64,000 bases of DNA from Bacteroidetes bacterium MED-G20 (GTDB lineage: Bacteria > Bacteroidota > Bacteroidia > Flavobacteriales_D > Parvicellaceae), in assembly GCA_905182745.1 (NCBI GenBank), contig CAJJCR010000005.1, positions 48,764 to 112,763 of the forward strand. Direction: 5' to 3'. This document shows, piece after piece, positions 8,464 through 19,376 of this stretch. The notes beneath the pieces are model-generated. The model made no database searches. It was not told the DNA's origin and was given only the letters and a program-made list of their open reading frames with translations. The first letter of the stretch is position 1; each line of letters begins with the position of its first letter. The translations under genes were made by a program, and so were the position numbers.

Positions 8464-10920
8464 ATGAAACTTAAAACATTATTTTTTTTCTTATTTATCC
8501 CATTTGTTTTCTATTCTCAAATATCAGGAATTGTTAAAGATAATTTTGACAAACCTATTGAGTATGCAACAGTCTCTCTATTCAATGCTTTAGATAGCAC
8601 AATAGTTTCGGGGAAAATAACTGACAAAAACGGAGAGTTTGAAATAGATAAACCTTCGATTGGTAATTATTACCTTAAGTGCTCTTTTGTGGGGTTCCAA
8701 TCTGTATTAATTTCAAATATTATTATAACTAAAAAGACTTCTAAAATAGAACTTTCACCAATTTCACTTTCTATTGGGTCAAAATTAAATGAAGTAACCA
8801 TAGTTGGAGAAAAATCAGTTTTTTCTAATAAAATGGAAAGTCAGTCTTTTAATGCCGATCAATTTCAAAATAGCATTGGAGGAACCGCTTTGGATGTAAT
8901 TAGAAATTTACCGTCTGTTAATATTAATATTGAGGGAGATATATCCTTAAGAGGAAGTAATGGAATTATAATTTTAATTGATGGAAAGTTGATACAAGGA
9001 GATCCAAACAATTTAATTGCTCAAATTCCGGCAAATGCTATTGATAAAATTGAACTAATTACTTCTCCATCTGCTAAATATGACTCTGAGGGTAAATCAG
9101 GCATGATTAATATAATCACTAAAAAAGGAAAAACTAATGGCACTTATTTTCAAGTAAATACAAAAGGAGGATTTCCATCTGTTGAAAACTATGGAAATGA
9201 TGTTTATCATCAAAGATATGGAGCAGATTTCACCTTGAATAAGAAAACCGATAAATTGAATTTGTCTATGTCAGTAAGCTATTTAAGAAATGACTTAGGT
9301 GGAAGAAGAATAGGAGAGGTGTATACAGTTAAAAACGATACTACTAGATATTTAAATTCTGTTGGAGAAAGAAGTTTTGATAAGAAAAACATTAATGGAA
9401 GATTGGATTTTCAATACGAACTAGATTCTTCCAACCAATTACATTTTGGTTTATTCGCAGGAAAAAGAAAAAAAGATAGATTAGCAGACATTACCTACAA
9501 CAATTATTCTCTTGAAAATTCAAATAGTTTAGAGTTAAACCCCTTTCAATATTTCAACCATAATTTAAGAACTAGAACTGGAGATTTTGCTTTAGGAAGT
9601 TTTGATTACAACCATGTTTTCAAAAATAAAACAGTTGTCAAAACTTCTTTTTTAATGGAATATACTTTATTAGGTGGGCCAACAACCAACCAAAATATTT
9701 CTTTATCTAATCCATCGGAAATTTACCAAGATGAATACAATACCAACGACAATCCACTTTTAGGTACTAGAATAAATGTCGACTATTCAAACATAGAAAC
9801 CAATTTAGGAAATTTAGAATTTGGCTATCAATTTAGAAATCTTACTCATAAAGGAGATTTTATTTATGAAAGAAAAAATCCCACAAGCGAAATTTTTGAA
9901 TTGGTTTCTGATTTTTCAAGTGAAGTTAATTTAAAAAGAACCATTCACTCTACATATGGTATGCTAGTTGGAAATAAGAGCAAGTGGAATTATAATTTCG
10001 GAATTCGAGTAGAACAAATGGATAGACAATTAGAACTAAAAGATAAATCTGGATTAATAGACACAAGTTATAGTTACAATTTTTTAAAACCATTTCCGAC
10101 AGCAATTATTTCCTACGATGTAAATTCTAAAAGTAAAATTAAGTTTACCTATAGCAAAAGAGTACAAAGAACCACCACCTTTAAGATGAATCCTTTCCCT
10201 GAAAGAGAACATTCGGAGACCTTAGAACAAGGCGATCCAAGTTTGCTTCCAGAGTTTGTAGACAATATTGAAATCGGATACGATAATAGCTTTAGTGACA
10301 AGTTTGCTTTCTTTTCTAACTTGTTTTTTAGGAAAACAAACAATCTTATAAATAGGGTGAATACTGTTTACAACGATTCTATTCTTAACAGAATATATTC
10401 AAATGTTGGTAATTCTACTCTTTATGGATTAGAGTTAGGACTACAATTGAAACCCATAAAAAAATGGAGCAATTATTTTGGAGGAAATATATTTTATCAA
10501 GATATAACTGGTGAGTTTGATAATCGTACTGTAAATAATAATGCAATGGTATATTCATTTAATTGTAATTCTACTTTCAAATTTAACTCGTCGAGTTCTA
10601 TTCAGTTTGGTTTAAACTACCTATCGCAGATAATTACTGCGCAAGGGGAAGATTCTAGATTTTATTTACCTAGTTTAACTTTTAAAAAATCTTTCCTAGA
10701 TAATTCTTTGGTGATGAGTCTTCAGTGGTTAAATATGGATATGGGCTTAATTAATTCTAATGAACAAAGAATAACTACATCAAGAGAAAACAGCTTTTTT
10801 ACCACTACTAACTATGTTTACGAAGTAGATGTGTTTTTATTAAATCTTTCCTATAATTTTAATAAATCAAAATCTAATACCAACTTTATAAAAAGCGAGT
10901 TTGGAGACAGAGAATTTTAA
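8464..10920 (+). CDS. TonB-dependent outer-membrane receptor (CarboxypepD_reg N-terminus)
   Basis: 818 aa and intact. N-terminal ISGIVKDNFDKPIEYATVSLF, plug-like segment (LPSVNINIEGDISLRGS...ILIDG), long beta-barrel, terminal aromatic residue. Confidence 0.9.
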   Translation: MKLKTLFFFLFIPFVFYSQISGIVKDNFDKPIEYATVSLFNALDSTIVSGKITDKNGEFEIDKPSIGNYYLKCSFVGFQSVLISNIIITKKTSKIELSPISLSIGSKLNEVTIVGEKSVFSNKMESQSFNADQFQNSIGGTALDVIRNLPSVNINIEGDISLRGSNGIIILIDGKLIQGDPNNLIAQIPANAIDKIELITSPSAKYDSEGKSGMINIITKKGKTNGTYFQVNTKGGFPSVENYGNDVYHQRYGADFTLNKKTDKLNLSMSVSYLRNDLGGRRIGEVYTVKNDTTRYLNSVGERSFDKKNINGRLDFQYELDSSNQLHFGLFAGKRKKDRLADITYNNYSLENSNSLELNPFQYFNHNLRTRTGDFALGSFDYNHVFKNKTVVKTSFLMEYTLLGGPTTNQNISLSNPSEIYQDEYNTNDNPLLGTRINVDYSNIETNLGNLEFGYQFRNLTHKGDFIYERKNPTSEIFELVSDFSSEVNLKRTIHSTYGMLVGNKSKWNYNFGIRVEQMDRQLELKDKSGLIDTSYSYNFLKPFPTAIISYDVNSKSKIKFTYSKRVQRTTTFKMNPFPEREHSETLEQGDPSLLPEFVDNIEIGYDNSFSDKFAFFSNLFFRKTNNLINRVNTVYNDSILNRIYSNVGNSTLYGLELGLQLKPIKKWSNYFGGNIFYQDITGEFDNRTVNNNAMVYSFNCNSTFKFNSSSSIQFGLNYLSQIITAQGEDSRFYLPSLTFKKSFLDNSLVMSLQWLNMDMGLINSNEQRITTSRENSFFTTTNYVYEVDVFLLNLSYNFNKSKSNTNFIKSEFGDREF

Positions 10921-11960
10921 AAGCTGCCGTTATTGACATCGTAAATAAATTTTATAAGACCTTCAAAAAAAGTTTTTTGATCGTCATACATACATAGGTG
11001 GGAACCATTTTCACAATATAAAAACTTACCGTTTTGAACTTCAGATGCGATCCATTTCATATGCTCGGGATCCATAGTATCGTACTTTCCCCCAATGGAT
11101 AATGTTGGTACACTAATATTTTTTAGTTTTTCTTTTACATCCCAATATTTAAGTTTGGCATCGCCCACTACACCAAATTCACTTGGTCCTTGCATGGTAA
11201 TATATAGGCCTTGACTCATATTTGCAAAAGCTCTATTAACAGGGTCTGGCCAATCTTCTATTGGCATTCTTAAAACATGTTCTGGATAATAATTAGTAAC
11301 TATTAAATCGTTATATCTAGGGTTTGAGTAATCTTCTTTTGCTTCCAATGCTCTTATTTCTGCTAAAACTGCTGAATCTAGTTGAGGGCCAAGAACATTG
11401 TTGGCATAATCCACATACTCTGGAATGGACGCCATCATATTAGAAATAATGAGGCCTTTTAAATTTTCTTGATATTTTAAAGCATATTCCATACAAAGAA
11501 TTCCTCCCCATGAAGAACCGTACAAATAAAAGTTGTCTTTATTAAGTCCTAAGGCTACTCTTACTTGTTCTACTTCATCTACATACCTTTCTACAGTCCA
11601 CAATGAGCTATCGTTGGGCTGATCACTGTAATAAGATTCTAGTTGGTCGTAGTAGTAATATTCTATTTCTGCATTGGGAAAATAAGAATCAAATGCTTCT
11701 AAATATTCGTGAGTTGCACCTGGCCCGCCATGAAGCAATAAAACTTTCATTGTAGAATTGTTTCCTATTCTTTTGGTCCAAACGTTAAATTCTCCTGATT
11801 GAGTTTGAATTGGAATCATTTTTACTCCCCCGCTAAGGACATCATCTTTAGAAGAATAATCTAAATAAGCTGATTTTATTTTTTTTTGTTCCTCTTTTTG
11901 AGGGTTTTCACAGCTATTAAATAAAATAAAGGCGAGAAATATTAAAATTATTTTTTTCAT
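10917..11960 (-). CDS. proline iminopeptidase-family alpha/beta hydrolase (lipoprotein)
   Basis: LLLHGGPG oxyanion motif, GSSWGG nucleophile elbow, lipobox FNSC. Confidence 0.85.
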   Translation of the reverse strand: MKKIILIFLAFILFNSCENPQKEEQKKIKSAYLDYSSKDDVLSGGVKMIPIQTQSGEFNVWTKRIGNNSTMKVLLLHGGPGATHEYLEAFDSYFPNAEIEYYYYDQLESYYSDQPNDSSLWTVERYVDEVEQVRVALGLNKDNFYLYGSSWGGILCMEYALKYQENLKGLIISNMMASIPEYVDYANNVLGPQLDSAVLAEIRALEAKEDYSNPRYNDLIVTNYYPEHVLRMPIEDWPDPVNRAFANMSQGLYITMQGPSEFGVVGDAKLKYWDVKEKLKNISVPTLSIGGKYDTMDPEHMKWIASEVQNGKFLYCENGSHLCMYDDQKTFFEGLIKFIYDVNNGSF

Positions 11961-11971
11961 AAAAATTTAAA

Positions 11972-12490
11972 TTAAAAATGAATAAAAGTATTGTTTTCAG
12001 GATCGTTTAAAGAAATAAATAGTTCTGATGTATCTGCACATAAATCGTATAAATTGGATATGTCAAAACAAAGTTCCTGAACCAATGCTGCTTCACAATT
12101 ATCATTATTGCTATTGTGTGTTAAGTAGAGAGGGACATGAACTGGAGGAGTCCCGCAAAATAAAAATTCATGTACTAAATTGAAAATATGGTCTTCACAT
12201 CCACCACCATAACTAATATTAATTTTTAAAAAGTCACCGTAAATAAATGCTGTATCAATAGTGTAGGAGTCCAATAAATAATCATTAATATTTACATTTT
12301 GGATTAAAGTCAAACAAGAAGAGTCGTAAATACAGTGACCAATATCTGATCCTGGAATTGAAGTAGCGTCAGGATCATAGTTTACTGCTGAAGGATCGGT
12401 ACAACCAATTTCTTTTTCTTTATTACAAGCTATTATAAAAAATATAATAGTTATTGAAAGTAAAATTTTTGGAATAAATGATTTTCTCAT
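11972..12490 (-). CDS. hypothetical Cys-rich lipoprotein
   Basis: Lipobox IIAC. Multiple Cys residues and no recognisable family. Confidence 0.5.
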   Translation of the reverse strand: MRKSFIPKILLSITIIFFIIACNKEKEIGCTDPSAVNYDPDATSIPGSDIGHCIYDSSCLTLIQNVNINDYLLDSYTIDTAFIYGDFLKINISYGGGCEDHIFNLVHEFLFCGTPPVHVPLYLTHNSNNDNCEAALVQELCFDISNLYDLCADTSELFISLNDPENNTFIHF

Positions 12491-12590
12491 GGACGAGTTT
12501 TTAAAATACTAACGTATTAATTTTAAAAAAGTAGTGTTTCCATTAATCTTGTTAATAATTTAATAATAATAATACAAATTTTGTGTTAAA

Positions 12591-13757
12591 ATGTTAGAGA
12601 TTTGGAAAAAGCATTTGAAAGTAGTGAAGAAATTCGTCCTTTATATTTTGTTATCTGCATCCTATCTTTTAGGGAATTGTCAAGAGGGAAATTCGAGTTC
12701 AAATTTTATTTTTAAGTACATTAATAAAATAATAAACGACACCAATGATTTAAGTGCTCCAAAATTCATGAACTATCCCACACTCGCTTTTTCACCCGAA
12801 ACAAGCTGGGAAATAGGATTGTCGAGCTTGTATATTTATTCAGCAAACAGAGATTTAAAAAATAGACTTAGTGAAATAAAAGCTTTTACTTTTTATACAA
12901 TGGAAAATCAATATGGCATTTGGTTAGACCATGCTCTATATTCCGATGAAAACAAGTGGTTTTTTTTTGGGAGAACTAGGTTTCAATCTTTTCCTTTACT
13001 ATATTATGGAATAGGGTCAGAATCACCCAAAGATCATATAGCTAGAATAGATGGGAATTTCACTTATTTTAAGGAAAGGTTTCTTAGAGAAGTATTTCCA
13101 AATTTTTATACTGGAATTGAATTTGATCTTCAAATCATGAATAAAGTTTCTTATAAAAATTCAGCAAGCAATTTTTCAAAACCAGTTGGGGGAAATGGTT
13201 CTACTAATATTGGTTTGGGTTGGGGAATTATTTATAACAATATTCATAATGTGTTGAATCCGAGAAATGGAATTTTTAGCGAATTGGCATTTTTGAATTA
13301 TAGTAGCGAAATAGGGAGTGATTATAATCTTACTACCTTTCTTTCAGATAATAGATTTTATGTTCCAATAAGAAAAAATAATGTACTTGCATTTCAACTG
13401 CAAGGACAATTCACTAATGGCAACCCTCCTTTTAATTTGCTTTCTTTAATGGGGGGAGAGAGTTTAATGAGAGGATATTATCTAGGAAGATATAGAGACA
13501 AACACTTATTGGCAGGTCAGGTTGAATACAGAATGCTTCCGTTTTCTTTTGCTAAGCGTTGGGGAGCAAGTTTGTTTTTTGCTGCCGGAGAAGTTTTTAA
13601 CTCTTATAATAGTTTCCAATTCAAAAACTTATTACCTACTGGTGGAGCAGGTCTTCGTTTCTTGCTATTTCCAGAAAAGGATATTTACACAAGGATAGAC
13701 TATGCTTTAACTAGAGAGGGAAGTGGATTCTATTTTTTTATTGGAGAAGCATTCTAA
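12591..13757 (+). CDS. Omp85/surface antigen (D15)-type beta-barrel protein without obvious POTRA domains
   Basis: 388 aa. ..LMGGESLMRGYYLGRYRD.. and ..TGGAGLRFL.. resemble the bacterial surface antigen barrel. Ends in F. Confidence 0.6.
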   Translation: MLEIWKKHLKVVKKFVLYILLSASYLLGNCQEGNSSSNFIFKYINKIINDTNDLSAPKFMNYPTLAFSPETSWEIGLSSLYIYSANRDLKNRLSEIKAFTFYTMENQYGIWLDHALYSDENKWFFFGRTRFQSFPLLYYGIGSESPKDHIARIDGNFTYFKERFLREVFPNFYTGIEFDLQIMNKVSYKNSASNFSKPVGGNGSTNIGLGWGIIYNNIHNVLNPRNGIFSELAFLNYSSEIGSDYNLTTFLSDNRFYVPIRKNNVLAFQLQGQFTNGNPPFNLLSLMGGESLMRGYYLGRYRDKHLLAGQVEYRMLPFSFAKRWGASLFFAAGEVFNSYNSFQFKNLLPTGGAGLRFLLFPEKDIYTRIDYALTREGSGFYFFIGEAF

Positions 13758-13817
13758 AAAAAAGACAAAAAAAAGACCCTATGTCTAGAGTCTTTAAATT
13801 AGTTATTTAAAAAAGAA

Positions 13818-14265
13818 TTATCCCTCAACAATTTCAAAAGAAATTTTTCCTTTAACATCTTTATGAAGAATTATGTCTGCTTCAAATTTGCCAACAGATT
13901 TTAAGTTTCCAGTTGGAAGAGTAATATTTTTTCTCTCTAATTTAAATCCTGCTTTCTCTAAAGAATCAGCTAATTGAATATTGGTGATAGATCCAAATAT
14001 TTTTCCATTCTCACCAACTTTTGCAGGGACTTGAAAAGTTTTCTTAGACATCTTCTCATAAATTTTGGTAGCCTCTTCTTTGAGTTGATTGTCTTTATGT
14101 GCTCTTTGTTTGAGAGTCTCCGCTTGCATTTTCTTTAACAGAGTCAGTAGCTAAAATTGCCAATCCTTTTGGGATTAAAAAATTTCTACCGTAACCGTTT
14201 TTTACTTCAACAAGTTCGTCTTTGCTACCTAATCTCTCTATATCTTTCTTTAATAAAACTTCCAT
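13818..14265 (-). CDS. rplI: 50S ribosomal protein L9, one frameshift at a T4 run (14129-14132)
   Basis: Hand translation from ATG 14263-14265 gives [45 protein letters not shown]. This joins the ORF-track fragment [15 protein letters not shown]... after removing one base. The length of 448 nt is not a multiple of 3. Confidence 0.85.
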
Positions 14266-14270
14266 GATGA

Positions 14271-14537
14271 TTATTTTAATTGGTCAGCTAAATAAGGCAA
14301 TATTGCAAGATGTCTTGCTCTTTTTACAGCTTGAGAAACTCTTTTCTGGTATTTTGCAGAAGTTCCAGTAATTCTTCTTGGTAATAATTTTCCTTGCTCG
14401 TTAATGAACTTCATTAAAAAGTCAGGGTCCTTGTAATCAATAAACTTAATTCCAGATTTCTTAAATCTACAATATTTTTCTTTTTTTATCTCAATGTCAA
14501 TTTGATTAAGATATCTAATTTCTGAATTGTCAGCCAT
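14271..14537 (-). CDS. rpsR: 30S ribosomal protein S18
   Basis: 88 aa. ..[29 protein letters not shown]. Confidence 0.95.
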   Translation of the reverse strand: MADNSEIRYLNQIDIEIKKEKYCRFKKSGIKFIDYKDPDFLMKFINEQGKLLPRRITGTSAKYQKRVSQAVKRARHLAILPYLADQLK

Positions 14538-14563
14538 AGCTAGTGTTTTAAAAAATTAATAAT

Positions 14564-14902
14564 TTAAGCAGTTTTAGAGAGCTTAACTCTTCTTTTTTCT
14601 GCGTATTGGTAATGATCTTTGTTCATTTTTGTTGTTAAAAATCGCATCACTCTCTCGTCTCTTTTGAGTTCAACTTCTAATTTTTGAACAACATCTCCTT
14701 CACCTTGAAATTCGATTAGGAAATAAAATCCAGTAGATTTTTTCTGAATAGGGTAGGCTAACTTTTTTAGTCCCCAAGATTCATTGTTATTGATTTTAGC
14801 ACCGCTATCTTTCAACAACTTTTTGAATTTATCTACTGCTTCCTTTGTCTGCTTTTCAGACAAAACGGGAGTTAAAATGAAAACAGTTTCGTAATGATTC
14901 AT
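14564..14902 (-). CDS. rpsF: 30S ribosomal protein S6
   Basis: 112 aa. [16 protein letters not shown]... The order S6-S18-L9 is conserved. Confidence 0.95.
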   Translation of the reverse strand: MNHYETVFILTPVLSEKQTKEAVDKFKKLLKDSGAKINNNESWGLKKLAYPIQKKSTGFYFLIEFQGEGDVVQKLEVELKRDERVMRFLTTKMNKDHYQYAEKRRVKLSKTA

Positions 14903-15035
14903 GTTAGTTATTTAAAATTTGGATCGCAAAGATACAAGATTCCCCGAAAAATAAAATTATTTAACCAATAAAACCAAGTATAAATTTATTTAGAAATATT
15001 TTGTCTTTAAATCCCTATTACTTTGAAGCTTATTT

Positions 15036-15043
15036 TATATTTG
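15036..15043 (+). promoter_or_regulatory. candidate Bacteroidetes -7 promoter box (TATATTTG) just upstream of dnaX
   Basis: Matches TAnnTTTG 8 nt before the dnaX ATG, implying a very short leader. There is no well-spaced -33 TTTG. Confidence 0.3.
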
Positions 15044-15050
15044 TTAAACG

Positions 15051-16780
15051 ATGTCCAATTCTAACTATACAGTATCGGCTTTAAAATATAGACCAAACAG
15101 TTGGGAGACTATTATTGGTCAAGAAAATATCGCAACCACTCTTAAGCAAGCAATAGATTCTAACCAGTTGGCACAAGCCTATTTGTTTTGTGGTCCAAGA
15201 GGAGTTGGTAAAACATCAACTGCTAGATTATTTGCAAAGTCCATTAATTTAAAGCATGACCCTAACCTAACAGACTTTACTTATAATATTTACGAATTAG
15301 ATGCTGCTTCAAATAACCAAGTTGATGACATAAGAAATCTTAACGATCAGGTCAGAATTCCACCACAAATAGGAAATTACAAAGTTTACGTGATAGATGA
15401 GGTGCACATGTTGTCCCAAAGTGCATTCAACGCATTTTTAAAAACTTTAGAGGAACCACCTCCACACGCTATTTTTATATTAGCAACAACAGAAAAACAT
15501 AAAATTATTCCTACCATACTTTCCAGATGTCAGGTCTATGATTTTCATAGAATATCCATTCCGGATATGGTAGCACACTTAGAAAATATTGCTAGTAAAG
15601 AAGGTGTAAAATCAGAACCTGAAGCTTTGCACGTAATTGCTGAAAAAGCCGATGGCGCTCTTAGAGATGCTCTTTCATGTTTTGATTTAATGGTGAATTT
15701 TACCAACAGTAATATTACTTACAAAGAAGTAGTTAAAAACCTAAATATCCTCGACCACGATTACTACTTTAAATTTGCAGATTTTATTCAAAAAAACTTA
15801 ATTCACGATAGTTTATTACTCTTTAGTGAAATAATTTCTAAAGGATTTCGATGGGCGTTTATTTATTAATGGATTGGCTTCTCATTTCAGAAATTTAATG
15901 ATAGCAAAGGATGAAAGAACCTTGAAAATTTTAGAATATACCAAAGACACGATTGAAAAGTTTAAAACTCAAGCAGAACTTTTTGATAATGAATATTTAA
16001 CCGATTTATTATCTCTTACAAATGAAGCAGATTCTTTCTATAAAACCAGTCAAAACCAGCGACTTCTTGTAGAGATCTTAATAATGAAGCTCTGTTCATC
16101 AAGAGTAGAAAAAAAAAAGCTTAATTTCTTAGATTCACCTATAATTTCTCCAGATTTTAAAGACTTAAATCTAATTCCTTAATTCAAAAGATGTTGAAAA
16201 TCAACCTTCGAAAGAAATTGTAGAACCTAAAGAAAAGCAGTCTCCTCCAAAGACTTATGAACCTGAGAAGTCTGAAATTATCAGACCCAAAACTTCTTTA
16301 AGTATAAAAAAGAGATCTGTTGCAGCTTCTATCACTGGCATAAGACAACAAATTAATCAAGAATCAATTGCTAAAAATGAAGATGGAGGGGTGGAAGTTT
16401 TAGAATCCTCAAATTTTTCTCAAAAGCTATTAGAAGAAAAATGGATCGAATTTGCAGAAATTAAAAATAAAGAAGGAAAAATCGGTTTGTACACAACTCT
16501 CACCAAACAAATTCCTAAACTTTTAGACGATTTTTTGATAAAATTTATTTTGGATAGCGAGGTTCAAAAGATGGAATTTCAGACCCAAAACCAGCTACTT
16601 TTAGATTTTTTAAGAGCGGAACTTAAAAATGGTCATATTCAATTGGCTTTAGAGCTTACAAAATCTGACAATCCAAAGCTTACTCAGTTAACAAGTAAGG
16701 AGAGATTTTTCCAAATGGCAGAAAAAAATCCAGACCTTCATATTTTCAAAGAAAAATTTAATTTAGACCTAGAATTTTAA
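15051..16780 (+). CDS. dnaX: DNA polymerase III subunit gamma/tau, two frameshifts (about 15849 and about 16175-16182)
   Basis: YRPNSWETIIGQ.., Walker A GPRGVGKTS, DEVHML, SRC sensor. Fragments 15051..15869, 15874..16182 and 16391..16780 (the last frame is open from about 16175) are collinear. The first break resolves to GFDG if ttt is read as tt. Confidence 0.9.
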
Positions 16781-16821
16781 TCAATTTTCAAGTTAATGCT
16801 AAATCATTTTATATTTGCCCA

Positions 16822-17403
16822 ATGATTTTACCAATACTATCTTATGGATCTCCAATTCTAAGAAAAGAATGTGATGAATTTGAAGAAGGCGAATCTCTTA
16901 AAGAATTAGTCTCGGATATGTTTGAAACCATGTATGCCGCAAGTGGAGTAGGTCTTGCTGGTCCTCAAATAGGCATTTCAAAAAGAATTTTTACTGTGGA
17001 TGCATCTCCGTTTGCAGAACCGGAAGAAGGTGAAGAACTGGATGAAAAATTAAAAGAATTAAAAGACTTTAAAAAAGTATTTGTAAATCCTATTATTGAA
17101 AATGAAACAGGATCACCTTGGCCATTTTCTGAAGGTTGTTTGAGTATCCCTGGAATAAGAGAAGATGTAGAAAGAAAAGCAGTTATCAAAATCAGTTACT
17201 ATGATGAAAATTGGAATTTTTTTGAAGAGTCTTATCAAGGAATAGCTGCTAGAATTATTCAGCATGAATACGACCACATTGAAGGAATTCTTTTCACCGA
17301 TCACTTAAATCCTTTAAAAAAGAGATTGATGAAACGAAAATTAGAAGAAATATCTAAAGGTAAAGTAGAGGTTAATTACAAAATGAAATTTTTTAAAAAA
17401 TGA
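16822..17403 (+). CDS. def: peptide deformylase
   Basis: GVGLAGPQIG, EGCLSIPG and QHEYDHIEG motifs. Confidence 0.95.
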   Translation: MILPILSYGSPILRKECDEFEEGESLKELVSDMFETMYAASGVGLAGPQIGISKRIFTVDASPFAEPEEGEELDEKLKELKDFKKVFVNPIIENETGSPWPFSEGCLSIPGIREDVERKAVIKISYYDENWNFFEESYQGIAARIIQHEYDHIEGILFTDHLNPLKKRLMKRKLEEISKGKVEVNYKMKFFKK

Positions 17404-17933
17404 AGAAATTAATATACATTTCAATAATATTTTTTTGTTTTTCCTGTGCTAATAATAAAGAGACTATTCCTAGCTATTACCAAGATCTAGAGGACCTTAG
17501 AGAGATTAACGATCAACTAATAAAATCTAATCCAAAAGATCTTAGTACTATTTATCAATTAGGGATTAATATAAAAAATCAATCCTTAAATCTTTATGTT
17601 AGATACCACAAAAATTTCAATGATGAAGAAAATGAGTTTTTATTGCAATGCGCTGCTACAGGTTCTGAAGCAGCTCAAAAATATAAAGATGCTGTAGATT
17701 ATTTTTTAAAAGCCCAAAGAAAGTTTCCAGAAAGTGATAATGCTCCAATTTACTTACATAATAGAGCTAGAATACTAGACAATATATTAATGGACAAAAA
17801 TAATGCAAGATTGGCCTTTGAAGAATTGATAGAGCTTTATCCTAACCATCCATTGAGTGAAAACTCAAAAGTTTACCTAGACAATGTTTTTGGAAAGTCT
17901 AAGGAAGAGTTGCTAAATATACTAAAACAGTAA
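17400..17933 (+). CDS. hypothetical lipoprotein, TPR-like
   Basis: Lipobox FSC, helical repeat-like text, ATGA overlap with def. Confidence 0.45.
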   Translation: MKKLIYISIIFFCFSCANNKETIPSYYQDLEDLREINDQLIKSNPKDLSTIYQLGINIKNQSLNLYVRYHKNFNDEENEFLLQCAATGSEAAQKYKDAVDYFLKAQRKFPESDNAPIYLHNRARILDNILMDKNNARLAFEELIELYPNHPLSENSKVYLDNVFGKSKEELLNILKQ

Positions 17934-17934
17934 A

Positions 17935-19323
17935 TTACATATGGATAACCTCTCCATATGCAGCAGCAGCAGCTTCCATAATTGCTTCGCTCATAGTTGG
18001 ATGAGGATGAACAGTCTTAATTAGTTCATGTCCAGTAGTTTCTAATTTTCTTAAGGCAACAATTTCGGCAATCATTTCTGTAACATTAGCTCCAATCATA
18101 TGAGCCCCGAGTAATTCGCCGTATTTAGCATCAAAAATTAGTTTGACAAATCCATCATTGTGACCAGCAGCACTAGCTTTTCCTGATGCAGAGAACGGAA
18201 ATTTTCCAATTTTTAATTCATAGCCTGCTTCCTTTGCAACTTTTTCTGTCATTCCAACAGATGCAATTTCTGGACTGCAGTATGTACAACCTGGAATATT
18301 GTTATAATCAATAGCTTCTGGATGGTGACCAGCAATTTTTTCAACACATGTAATACCTTCAGCCGAAGCAACATGAGCAAGAGATTGTCCTTTTACAACA
18401 TCTCCAATTGCATAGTAACCAGGGATATTGGTTTCATAAAAGTCATTCACTACTATTTTACCATTATCCACAACAACTCCTGTTTCCTCCAAACCTATAT
18501 TTTCAATATTGGGTTGAATACCAACTGCAGATAATACAATGTCACATTCTATAACCTCTTCGCCTTTGGCAGTTTTCACATTTACCTTACAACCTTTGGC
18601 AGATTTTTCAACCTTTTCAACCGATGAATTGGTCATAATACTAATGCCTTTTTTCTTAAAAGTTTTTTCTAATTGTTTAGAAACATCTATATCTTCTACA
18701 GGAACAATATTTGGTAAATATTCTACAATAGTTACATCAACTCCCATTGCGTTATAGAAATATGCAAATTCAACTCCAATTGCTCCAGAGCCAACTATCA
18801 CCATTTTTTTAGGCATTTTTGGAAGCACCATTGCATCTCTATATCCAATTATTTGTTTCTTGTCCTGTTCTAAGTTTGGAAGTTGTCTGGATCTAGCACC
18901 AGTTGCTATAACAATATGTTTTGCGCTGTAACTTGTTTTTTTTCCTTCGTTATTGGTTACCTCTATCTGTTTCCCGGGTTGAATTTTCCCAGTTCCCATA
19001 ATAACATCGATCTTATTTTTTTTCATTAGGAACTTAACTCCTCCACTCATTTTCTCGGCAACATCTCTGCTTCTTTTAACAACAGCATTAAAATCTGCTT
19101 TGTGGCTAGAAACTTTTATTCCATAATCGTCAGCATGGTTAATATATTCATAAACATTGGCACTTTTAAGCAATGCTTTGGTAGGAATACATCCCCAATT
19201 TAAACATACACCTCCTAAAGATTCTTTTTCTACTACTGCAGTCTTTAAACCAAGTTGAGAAGCTCTTATGGCAGTTACATATCCACCAGGTCCACTTCCT
19301 AAAACAATTACGTCATAATTCAT
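17935..19323 (-). CDS. lpdA: dihydrolipoyl dehydrogenase (E3)
   Basis: 462 aa. GSGPGGY FAD motif, redox-active GGVCLNWGCIPTK, C-terminal HPHPTMSE. Confidence 0.95.
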   Translation of the reverse strand: MNYDVIVLGSGPGGYVTAIRASQLGLKTAVVEKESLGGVCLNWGCIPTKALLKSANVYEYINHADDYGIKVSSHKADFNAVVKRSRDVAEKMSGGVKFLMKKNKIDVIMGTGKIQPGKQIEVTNNEGKKTSYSAKHIVIATGARSRQLPNLEQDKKQIIGYRDAMVLPKMPKKMVIVGSGAIGVEFAYFYNAMGVDVTIVEYLPNIVPVEDIDVSKQLEKTFKKKGISIMTNSSVEKVEKSAKGCKVNVKTAKGEEVIECDIVLSAVGIQPNIENIGLEETGVVVDNGKIVVNDFYETNIPGYYAIGDVVKGQSLAHVASAEGITCVEKIAGHHPEAIDYNNIPGCTYCSPEIASVGMTEKVAKEAGYELKIGKFPFSASGKASAAGHNDGFVKLIFDAKYGELLGAHMIGANVTEMIAEIVALRKLETTGHELIKTVHPHPTMSEAIMEAAAAAYGEVIHM

Positions 19324-19376
19324 AGCTCAAAATTTAATTATTTATGCGAATTTATAAATTCTCTTCTTCAAATAGC

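Noticed and set aside
13772-13795. Hairpin aaagac/gtcttt between the Omp85-like gene and rplI as a bidirectional terminator.
   Set aside because: The stem is only 6 bp with a 12-nt loop, which is too weak to call.
16109-16118. The A10 run as the cause of the observed second break in dnaX.
   Set aside because: Frame tracing shows that the downstream frame only opens at about 16175, while the upstream frame ends at 16182. The actual break is therefore about 60 nt 3' of the run. The run is reported separately as a possible programmed slip site.
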